From: Rhizaria sp. SCN 62-66 | Taxonomy: Eukaryota | Reading direction: 5' to 3' | Assembly: GCA_001724265.1 (NCBI GenBank) | Contig: MEDY01000085.1 | Coordinates: forward strand, 62,001 to 88,868 | DNA length: 26,868 nucleotides | Part shown: positions 1 to 9,152 of the stretch, piece by piece | Layout: each line of letters starts with the position of its first letter | Numbering within the stretch: the first letter of the stretch is position 1 | Notes under the pieces: model-generated | Database searches by the model: none | Told to the model about the DNA's origin: nothing | What the model saw: only the letters and a program-made list of their open reading frames with translations | Program-made: the position numbers and the translations under genes

Positions 1-3000
1 GAAGCGTCTTGAGCAGCGCCGCGAGCAGACTCGCTCCCGGCTGCCAGCCATTTGGCGTCAGTGCCTTGACGCGCTCGTCGCTCGTGAGGTTCACAGTCAT
101 GTCAAGCAGGTGCTGCGTTGCGCCACGGCGCACGAGCCGCTGGCCCGAGGGCAGGACGGACGCCGCGTCGACGGGGCGGTGCTCAGCGGTGCTGTAGGGA
201 GTCGGAGGCCTCTTACTCGCAATGGTGCGCAGTATCTCCCGTGTGTACATGTCCTCCGCGAGTGCCGTGCTCGTTGCCATCATCAAGATTTCCAGCAGAT
301 CTTCTTGCCCCGAACCTGCGCGCATGTCAGCAGCAGACGCCGCTGGCATGACCCTGTTCACGGCGCTGTCAAAGATCTTCGCACGCACCACACTTGACTC
401 CAGAACGTCACACAGAAAGCCGGTGGCAATCTCGAGCGTCACCGCGATTGCGCTGAGCCATGACTCAGTGGGTGCGTGCGTCGCGGCAGCAGCGACTGTC
501 ATCATAGCATCCTGAATTTGCGCAGCTTCTCTAGCGACAATATCACTGGTGTCACCGTCGTTGTATCTGTCCATGTTACTCAGATTGACCTCGCCGTGAG
601 GCGGGGAGTTGCCGTGAGCCTGCATGTTCACACACTGCATAATCACGCTCTCGAGCTGCAACAGCTGGTGCACGAGACGGGCGACGATTCTTACGACGCC
701 ACAATGCAACATGTTTGCGGCGGTGGTTGAGCGCAGTGGCACGAGAGAGCGGAGTACGATGAGAATGCGGGCCAGGGCTACCCAGTGCGCGTCTACGTCT
801 TGTGCTCGTTGGCGTCCGTCAGAGTCGATCTCGGAGAGACGGCAATCATAGTTGATGCTGTTACCATGACCCTTCATCAACTCCTGTTTGGCGCACTTGC
901 GCGCATCGTTTCGGATGGCCATAATCGACTTAATGGCGCTGGGCCCCGGCAGCAGTGTCACAGTGTATATCAACGCGTGCATCAGCGTGCGAATCCCTTT
1001 CCGCCCGGCAAAGTTGTACTGTTTATACAAGCTCGCTGACGTGATGCAACGCATGACCGTTGATAGTGGTGTTAGTGTCGCAGCCTCTTTGCGCCACGCC
1101 CATGTCTGCAGCAAGCGTAGCGGGCCCGATGCAATACGTGGTGCACTAAAAAGCGAGGATGTGTACTTCACATTGTCGGCCTCTGTAGCGGTGAGGAGTT
1201 CGAGCACGTCTTTGCTTAAATCAGCACTTGTGTCGTCATTTTTATTTTCTCCACCCAGTCCAAGGTGGAAGAAAACGAGGTTCCGTAGTGATGCACCAGG
1301 AAGCTGGGCATAGACACCCAAAAAACAGCGTGCAGCCAACAGGTCATCTGATACGCGCTGATCGACTTCAGACGCCACGCGAGGGAATAAGGACCTCAAA
1401 CTGACGAGCTCATCCACGGGCACCTACTCCAGCGCAGCACGCGCAGCAACGGCACTGTCGCTGTTGCCACCCACGCTCGCGCCGCGACGGCCCTTGCGTG
1501 CGCCGCCCAAACTGGAGTGGTGCGGGATAATGTCGGCAATCGGGTCTGCACCGGACGTTTGTGAGCGCGAAGCGTTAGACAGGGTCAAATCAACGAATGC
1601 TAGAGCCTGCAATGACAACTGCGCCATTGACATCTCCGAATCGTGGTGCATCTCTTGAAAGATGATATCGAGGTCCTGATCATCAAAGTCCTCACTGTCG
1701 CCAAACCTAGCGGCCCAGGCGTGCTGTAGCGCAGCGTCGCTGGCGCCGAAGAGCTTGTCAAAGCCGTCGTCGTCGTCGTACCTGTCGCCAAAGGTGCCGT
1801 TCTTGCCGACAAGGCGTTCCTACTTGGATTTGAACGTTACTTTTTCCGTCCGAGCACGGGTGTCGCCAAGGGTAGCAGTGTCCTCACCGTCGTTAAAGTC
1901 GATGTCATTGATGTCACGCGTGTTGCTGCCATGAACGCAATTGGTTGAGCTGTTAGACTTGTTGTTATTATCAGTACCATAGATGCGCCGCGCTCGACGG
2001 ACGGTGTCCAGATTGCACCGGACAATATCATCTTCTTCAGCACTGCTGCTGTTGTGACTACCAGCGCTGCTGTCGGCTGCAGCATTTGATCCTCGCCCTG
2101 CTGTGTTCTTGCATGTGATCTTGCTCAGGCGCTCGGCTTTGTGCATCTTTGTGTTTTTGCTTAGCTCCGCAGCTGTGTCCGCAAGCCTGGCCATCGTGCT
2201 GGTAGATCGGGCTAAATTGCCCTGCAGTAGCGTCTCCTTGAGCTGGACGAGCTCTGGTGGCGGAGGAATCTTGCTCTGTGTGCACAGCGTCTCGCCCGCC
2301 ATGTAATCTCTTAGCGCGCCCACGGGTTGCATCAGCGCCTGCAGCGACTCTGCGCGGCACATGTACGCCTTGACTGGGAGCGGCAAGCCGTTCCTCTGTG
2401 TCGTGCTTGCGTTGGCAGCGAGGAGGGGCAGCTTGCTGTCCTCCAAGAACTTAAAGATGGCGATCGCAGTCGACGCGTCCTTGATAGCGGCATCGTACCG
2501 ATGCAGCTTGTTGTAGCACGCGGCGCGGCTGATGTAGTACGCCTTGTTATCTTTGCACAGTTTGATTGCATCGGAGTAGTGCTGCGCTGCTAAGACATAC
2601 TGCTCCTTCTTGTATGCCTCATTGCCGAAATCGTTTAGCTTGTCAGCATCCTGCTGCCTCGCAGCACGGAGGTTGTCCAAGTTGGTCATATCAGCCGCAA
2701 TTGCAACAAAATCGGGTCTATTAATCTGCGCGCTTAATGCAAGCTTGCTGATCTTATCTCCATCATTGGGAGCGCCTTTTTGAGGATCTAAAAATGACAC
2801 ATTAGCAGTACAGAGAAGTGCAAGAAGGAAAACAGAAACAGGAGCAATGTGAGGTTCCATATTTGACAAACATATTGATTGTCCCTCTATGAAATGCGTA
2901 ATGAAAAATCTCATGAAAAATCAGAAACGATATTATCTGCCCAAACCCGTGAAGCACATTCGACGTACCCAGCTCCCAATCCCAGAAGTCCCAAACCTCA

Positions 3001-3551
3001 AAGCTCGCGGTTATGGGCAGCTCCAACTCACCTTTTTCAACCGTTCCGAGACAAACCGCGATTTTCGCCTTGCAAAGCGCCTGCCACCTTTTGTGTTGCA
3101 CGCTGCGCCGCCAGATGACGCCGATGCGCGTCGCCTTGTCCGCGCACACCTGCAGCAGCAGCTCGCGGCGCGGCGCGGCCGGTACGGTGGGCTTCGAGCA
3201 GCGTTGGCACGTCAGATCGTACGACTGGTAGTACTCCCACTTGCAGAACTCGCAGTACTGCTGGCAGGCCGCAGGCATGCCCAGGCCAGCGCGGCCCGCT
3301 GCAGGAAGAGTAGTGTCCGCCTTGTCAGGAGCGACGCAGTCGGCAGCACCCGGACTCCCAGTGTTCGCCTGTGAAATAAAGCTCTCTGTAGACGCATCAA
3401 ATTGTGGAGATGCTTTTTCAGAAAAGAAACCGGGCATCTTTGTTGCGTAGTCGGCTTCTGGGTCGATTGTCCCATTGCAGATGCCCCGAATGAGATTGCT
3501 GATGTCTGAAGCGCGAGCGAGCGCGCCAGGATCAGCCGCAGGGGTCGACAT
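1..3551 (-). CDS. TTC12: TTC12-like TPR protein (dynein-arm assembly factor family); 3' end lies outside the window; two in-frame TAG codons, so possibly recoded or a pseudogene
   Basis: ATG at 3551. Exon 1 is 3551-2969, intron 2968-2788, exon 2 runs from 2787 to the edge. N-terminal SDISNLIRGI resembles TTC12 (DEISNLIQEM, recalled). Then CEFC-x12-CQRC, a TPR block (ADKLNDFGNEAYKKEQYVLAAQHYSDAIKLCKDNKAYYISRAACYNKLHRYDAAIKDA) and a long helical, ARM-like region. Manual translation of exon 2 shows only TAG at 1822-1820 and 1426-1424. The TPR call is firm; the TTC12 orthology is inference. Confidence 0.62.
2788..2968 (-). other. Spliceosomal intron (181 nt, phase 1) in the TTC12-like gene
   Basis: G|GTACGT donor and TTTTTAG|AT acceptor, AT-rich, with ACTGCTAAT near the 3' end. 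Joins ORFs 2802..3608 and 1820..2914 in frame (WEL-D-PQK). Confidence 0.8.
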
Positions 3552-5146
3552 GATCGTCAAATGAAACGAAACTGCGTCGTTTTTATAAATAAAAATTAGA
3601 TAAAGCACGCAGTGATAAATAGAAATTAGTCAAATCGAATCGAAAAGACGCATAAACTAAGCTCAAAGATGCCTCTCTCAAGACACTTTTGGGAGGACGA
3701 CTCATCACATGGGCTTAAGTCAAATTCCTGAAGGTATATGCATGTTTTAGAGCTTAGCTTTTTTGATAAGTTACGTGTTAAGCTTTAGAGTTCTGTCAAG
3801 ATTCAGTATTTTGATTTGCGATCTACCTCTTCCAATCTCAGCATTGCTCATCACGGTGCCCGGCGGACATCGGGCGCTCACGGTCACTGTCACTCTCTCA
3901 CGACTGCAAGCCGAGATAAACAGAAATGGGGATAAAATCACGGCAACACGTTGATTGAGCGCCAAAGATGAAGACAAATGACACTCTTTTCACTGCGTTT
4001 CATCAGTGCATCTGCGCTATTTTTGTATCTCCTCTATTTTCATGCAAAATCAGCATCATTCCGCACCCGTGGCGTCACAGTCATCAACGTGATACAGTTG
4101 CTACAATAACCGTGAGCGTGGTCTGAAGCCCTGTAACAACGGTGTTCTAGCACGCGATTGCGCGTTTTTCTTATCAAACCTGCAACAATGGACAGCCGCG
4201 TCAACGGCCACTGCAATGGCGCACGGCTTTAATGTTGTCACGCTCCCTTTGAACGCGCGTGAGAAAGTAGCGGATGCCTGCTTATTGAATAGTGGTCATA
4301 GCAGTGATTAAAAGTGCAGTCCCAGTATTGGCTGTAAGGAGGAGCACATCGGTGTTCCTGTTCACACGCTCTGTGGCACTAGCAACATTCTTGTCGAACT
4401 TCTTCCTCTTGTCAGTACCCATGAAATGAAGCGTCAAAACGCTGCCGTTCCATAAAGCAAGCAAGCTTCGAACATATAACGTGCGATAATATGTGACATG
4501 ACTGTTCAAAATTTTCTCTTTCGCTTTCAAGATATGTATGCACCAGAAGTACCAGAGCGCGAAGCAGAACTCTTGACTCTTATGATGGCTCGATATCCCC
4601 AGCGACATCTGTAAACATCATTCCGATATGAACAAGTGAACATACTTCAACTGCTCACAAGTCCATTTTTTGAAACTCAAAACCGCATGTGCTTGTTGTG
4701 TTGTAATATGTTTGAACTTGTTTTCATCGTTTTTAAATCGGCGACCAGACATCTCTGGCGACAGCGGCGCCTTGTGGCTGTGGCGGAGATGAGGGGTCTC
4801 GGCGAGATCAAGCAATCAAGATAACATATAAGCGCTCGTATTCATCAGATTTAACCTCGAAATCTTGATAATTCCATCGGTTTTAAAAACAATACTACTG
4901 TGGTTCTTTGTAGAAACCTTGTTTTAATGTGTTTTCCGCGCTGCGGATTTCTTGTTGTGGAGAGCGAAATCGTGTGTGGTCGCCCCACTTTCTTTGCCAA
5001 TCCTAGCACGAACTCAAACGTGCTTTCACTTGGTGTGCTCACTCCACCAATTTAAAACATATTTTACTGTGTTTTGTTGTATCTATTCTCTAGAACACAC
5101 ACGCCTCCTCGGTACTCGCCTTATTTTCAAGGCTCCTTCGTTGACC

Positions 5147-8100
5147 ATGACGTCCTTCGCGGAGGCCATGGCAGCGCCTCCCACAGCGACCCTCTTCCCA
5201 CAACCCCTGCGCTCGGCGCCGCTAAACATGCTTCCGCTGCCCCCGATGCTCTCTCGGCGCGACGCCGCTGTGGTGGCGTCTCTGTCGTCCACTGCGCTGT
5301 CCGCCACCGCGGCCTCGCGCGACGCCGCGTCGGCCGTGCTCTTCAACCACCTGGACCTGCTGCGCGCGGCCAACGAGGACCTGTCGCTGCTGCTGAAGAA
5401 GAGCCACGGCGCGTTCTGGTCGCTCTGCTGCTTCGACCGCTCGATCGCCGCCTTTCTCGCCTCGTTCGCCGCGCACTACCACACCTACGTCGCGGCCGAG
5501 CAGGAGCTGCAGCAAGAGCTCCTCCTGCGCCAACAACAGCAGTCTCCGGAGTCCGCCGCGTCTGCCGGCGGCGGCGGCGGCCTGACCCCGCTTCTGCGGC
5601 AGCTGTGCCGGCGCACGCTCATGGTGCTGCTGCGTCTTTCTTACCCATCTGACCGCGAGGCCTACTCGGCGCTCGCCGTCACAACCATCACGCACGCCAC
5701 CGAGCCCTCGCCGCTGTCGCGCGCCGCGCACCTGGCCGCGCTCGCCAAGCACGCGCTGCTGCCGCCGTCCTTGCTGCCCGGGTTGCTGCTGTGCTGCTAC
5801 CCCGCGGACCCCCTGCTGCTCGCGCCCGTCGCCGCCGCCGCGCTGCGCGCGCACCCACGCGCCGCCGTCGCGCTTAAGGCATCGCTTCTCGCGGCAGTCA
5901 CCGCGGCCGCGTCTGTCACCGCGGTCGGGACCGGCGCTGCTGTGGGCGCGGAGGCCGCGGCGCTGACGGCGGCCACGGCGGCGGCCGAGGTCATCGCAGC
6001 GCTCTGCGAAGCCGCGCCGGGCCCCGCCGCCGCGTTGTTCCTGCCGTGCGCCGCCGCCGCCGCCGCTGCGAGGGCGGCGGGTAAGGTGGCCGCGGCGGAC
6101 AGCGTAGGTGCAGTACTGGCTCATTTTTGCGACCGCACGCTGCCGCGCCTCGTGCCCCGCGTCTGCGCCGCCAACACCAGCAGCAACACGAACACAGGGT
6201 CTCCATCCAATGCGTCCGTAGCGGTGCCGGCGACGGCCGCGGCGGCGCGCGCGCACCCGCGGGGCGTGCCCGCCGTGCGCGCGAGCGTGCGCGCGCTGTC
6301 CGCGCTGCTGACTCAGCAAGTCGCCGCGCTCAATCCCGCGCTCACTGCCGCGCCCGCGGTCTCGGCCGCCGCGACGGTGCAGCAAGGCGCGAAGCCGCTG
6401 TCCGCAGTGCCGGAGGGCGAGAATGACGCAGACGCCGGCGCCGATGCGGATACCGAGGCGGACCTTGCGCTGGCGGCCGTCGCTGCCACCGCATCTGCTG
6501 CTGCCGTTGCCGCCGCAGTGAGTGCGAGCGCAGGTGCGAGTGCTGGTCGTGGACCGGTGGAGGAAGAAGATGACAACGCCGGCACCGGGGCCGACTTGGA
6601 GGCCGAAATCGCGAAGGCAGAAGCCGACGTCGCGACGGCCATCGCAACACTGCGCAGTAATCGCGGCCACAGTCCTGCCGCTGCCGCCACGGCCGCCGCG
6701 GCCGAGGCGTGGCCGCGTTTATGCCACCTTCTGCTCACGGTCACCGCCGCGGTCGACAACAGCTCCGTCAGTGCAGCCAGCAAGAGCTCACCGGTGAGCG
6801 TTGGCAACGTGTTGACGCCCGCGGTGCTGCCGCTCCCGCTCTCCGGCCGCGGTCTCACAGCACTACCCCCCGTCGGCGCCGCGAACGACTCTACCTCAGC
6901 GTCTGCATCTGCGTCCGCATCTGAGCCCAGCGAGGGCAGTGTGGGCGCGCTGCTGTTCTTCGTCGACAAGCGCGCCCGCGTGCTCTTCAGTCTCGACGCG
7001 CTGCTTACCCTCAGCGAGTCCGCCGCCGAGGCCGCTGACTCTACGACTGCGACGGCGGCGGCGGCGTTCGCGCGCTCTGTCTGCGGTGCGGACGCCGTGG
7101 CGGCGCTTTTTTCCCGCGCCAGCGACGCGCTGGACCTTGCGCTGGACCGTCACGACGCCGCCGTAGTCGCCCTCGTCGCGCGCCGTCAGCTCGACCGCGC
7201 CAACAGCAAGAACAACGGCAAGAAGAGCAAGGGCAGCCAAGCCGGCTCCGGTGCGGAGTCTAAGGACCCGGCCGACATGGCGGCGCGCGTGGCGTCGGTG
7301 CAGGCGCTGATGCCCGACTACGGCGATGCGTTCGCCGCGGCCGCGCTACGCTGCTTCGGCTTCGACCCCGAGCGCACCGTCAACGCCGTCTTCGAGGGCG
7401 CGCTTCCGCCCGCGCTCGCCGCAGTCGCTGATACCAAGAACTGGATTCCTCCCGTCGCCGCCGCAGCAGCAGCAGCAGCAGTGTCTAGCGGGCGCTCGTC
7501 GTCGTCGTCAGTCAAGAGGGGCGACAGCGCTGTCAGCGCGACTGCGAGCGCGGGCGAGCTCGCGGGCGCGAGCGCCAAGTCCCTCGCCGACGCGTCCCCG
7601 ACTGACCCCGCTTTCATCAAGGCCTTCACGGCATACCTGGACCGCACGGGCCGTGTGCCGAAGGCCGCCCCACGCGCGCCCGCCGCGGCGCCGCTGCTGG
7701 CGACGGCTGAGGCGCAGGCCGCGCACAAGGCGGCGTCGCTGCGCGCGCTGGCGGCGCTGGAGCGCGACGAACTGGCCCGCGAGGCGCTGTCGCGCGCGTC
7801 CACCGGCACGCGGCTCGAGGACTCGGCGCTGGCGCTCTCGCAGACGGCGCGCGTGCTGTCGGGCGCGCGCCAGACCTTCATCGGCGAGGCCGCCGTGACG
7901 GGCGAGGCCGCCAAGGACCTGGCGCGGCTGCAGCGAGCGCTCGACCAGACCAAGCGCGAGCGCGAAGACGCCCTCAAACAGAGCAAGAGCGGCGGCGGTG
8001 GTGGTATGCTTGACGATGGTGATGACGACGGCGTCGCCGCCGCCGCCGCCGCGCGGGTCCGCCGGTCCGAAGAGCGACAGTACGAGGACGAGTACGACGA

Positions 8101-8713
8101 CGGGCTCGACGGCTACTACTCGTTCAAGCTCGACTCGACGGGGCTGCTCGAGGAGCTCGACACGGGCGCCACGATTGCGCCCGCGGGCGGGGACGGCCTC
8201 GACGCCGGGGACGCACAGCAGCATCAACAGCGGGGCAGGGGGGCTGTGGGCGGTGGCAGGGGCGGCGGCAGGGTCGCCGCGCAAGCACAGGCGCAAGGCC
8301 AGAGCTCTAGCCAGCCTCAACAGCAGCAGCAGCAGCAGCGGACGAGTAGCTTGAACCCGAATGCAGCACCTGTGCGCCGCGGCGGCGGCGGGCGCGTTGG
8401 CGGTGGCGGCGGCGGCGGCGGCGGTCTGAACCCCAGGGGCGGTGACCGCGGTGATCGTGAACATCATCAAGGCCAGCCTCAGCAGCCTCAGCAGCAGCAG
8501 CAGCAGCAGCAGCACCGGAGTGAGAACAACAGGGGCCGCGGCCACGGCGGCGACAAGAGCGGCGGCGGCGGTGGCAACCGCGGCAAAGGCGGCAACGACG
8601 GCACGACGAAGGGCAACGGCCAGGGCGCCCGCAACCGCACGAACGCGGACGGCGAATACGTGGGCAAGAAGGAGCGCAGCTCGGGCTGGCACACGAGCGG
8701 CGGCGCGAGGTAA
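5147..8713 (+). CDS. ASCC2: Activating signal cointegrator 1 complex subunit 2 (CUE-domain ubiquitin-binding protein), about 1188 aa, no intron needed
   Basis: First in-frame ATG at 5147, where GC rises; TAA stop. Motifs: EDLSLLLKKSHGAFWSLCCFDRSIAAFLASF, LCRRTLMVLLRLS, CUE domain VASVQALMPDYGDAFAAAALRCFGFDPERTVNAVFEGALPPAL, YEDEYDD, and an RGG-rich tail. These follow the ASCC2/Cue3 order. Confidence 0.88.
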   Translation: MTSFAEAMAAPPTATLFPQPLRSAPLNMLPLPPMLSRRDAAVVASLSSTALSATAASRDAASAVLFNHLDLLRAANEDLSLLLKKSHGAFWSLCCFDRSIAAFLASFAAHYHTYVAAEQELQQELLLRQQQQSPESAASAGGGGGLTPLLRQLCRRTLMVLLRLSYPSDREAYSALAVTTITHATEPSPLSRAAHLAALAKHALLPPSLLPGLLLCCYPADPLLLAPVAAAALRAHPRAAVALKASLLAAVTAAASVTAVGTGAAVGAEAAALTAATAAAEVIAALCEAAPGPAAALFLPCAAAAAAARAAGKVAAADSVGAVLAHFCDRTLPRLVPRVCAANTSSNTNTGSPSNASVAVPATAAAARAHPRGVPAVRASVRALSALLTQQVAALNPALTAAPAVSAAATVQQGAKPLSAVPEGENDADAGADADTEADLALAAVAATASAAAVAAAVSASAGASAGRGPVEEEDDNAGTGADLEAEIAKAEADVATAIATLRSNRGHSPAAAATAAAAEAWPRLCHLLLTVTAAVDNSSVSAASKSSPVSVGNVLTPAVLPLPLSGRGLTALPPVGAANDSTSASASASASEPSEGSVGALLFFVDKRARVLFSLDALLTLSESAAEAADSTTATAAAAFARSVCGADAVAALFSRASDALDLALDRHDAAVVALVARRQLDRANSKNNGKKSKGSQAGSGAESKDPADMAARVASVQALMPDYGDAFAAAALRCFGFDPERTVNAVFEGALPPALAAVADTKNWIPPVAAAAAAAAVSSGRSSSSSVKRGDSAVSATASAGELAGASAKSLADASPTDPAFIKAFTAYLDRTGRVPKAAPRAPAAAPLLATAEAQAAHKAASLRALAALERDELAREALSRASTGTRLEDSALALSQTARVLSGARQTFIGEAAVTGEAAKDLARLQRALDQTKREREDALKQSKSGGGGGMLDDGDDDGVAAAAAARVRRSEERQYEDEYDDGLDGYYSFKLDSTGLLEELDTGATIAPAGGDGLDAGDAQQHQQRGRGAVGGGRGGGRVAAQAQAQGQSSSQPQQQQQQQRTSSLNPNAAPVRRGGGGRVGGGGGGGGGLNPRGGDRGDREHHQGQPQQPQQQQQQQQHRSENNRGRGHGGDKSGGGGGNRGKGGNDGTTKGNGQGARNRTNADGEYVGKKERSSGWHTSGGAR

Positions 8714-9072
8714 ATGAGCCACTGCAGAGTCCTATTTTGCTCAGACAGTCAGTGTCACCTCACAATGGTCGAAAGTCCAAGTCATGCATCCTTCATAACC
8801 TCTTCATAGTCTTCCTGTCATATATTATATAAATACGAAAAATATGGTTTCATAGATGTTACATTTAATCTGAATACAGTGTAACATATTTGTGATTCAT
8901 TATGAATGTAAAATGTATCATCTCCATTGTACTCTCGAATGATAAATCAAGCTGTGCTTCACAACTCCCTCAGGCCCTCAATCACAAATAACTCACACAA
9001 CAACAAAAAAAGACAAAAACAAACCAATGGGATAAACGTTGTTAATAATGAAAGCTGCCCCTCCGCCAACTT

Positions 9073-9152
9073 ACTCACTCGCTCACTCAGTGAATCACTC
9101 GCTCACTCAGTCAGTCAGTCAGCCAGCCAGTGAATCACTCACTCATTCACTC
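9073..9152. repeat. Degenerate tetranucleotide tract (ACTC/AGTC/AGCC units) with two AGTGAATCACTC copies, overlapping the WDR54-like stop codon
   Basis: actcactcgctcactcagtgaatcactcgctcactcagtcagtcagtcagccagccagtgaatcactcactcattcactc read directly. Confidence 0.8.

Noticed and set aside
1424-1822. Pyrrolysine or selenocysteine decoding of the in-frame stops
   Set aside because: Sec uses UGA, not UAG. Pyl is known from archaea and bacteria, and no Pyl machinery is in the window. The sites are not in a catalytic context.
4952-5146. N-terminal extension of the ASCC2 ORF given in the track (likewise CDC20 17156-17200 and TTC12-like 3552-3608)
   Set aside because: These start at non-ATG codons in AT-rich leader sequence. 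The first in-frame ATG is the plausible eukaryotic start.
5222-8722. Long antisense and off-frame ORFs overlapping ASCC2 (482 aa, 404 aa), and similar ones over WDR54-like, CDC20 (493 aa) and the ArfGAP gene
   Set aside because: Shadow ORFs expected from high GC3 coding DNA; Arg/Gly/Ala-rich with no recognisable motifs.
9073-9152. Repeat tract as a CRISPR array or telomeric repeat
   Set aside because: Units are 4 nt and degenerate, with no spacers, no cas genes and no telomere-like G-run unit; the context is eukaryotic.
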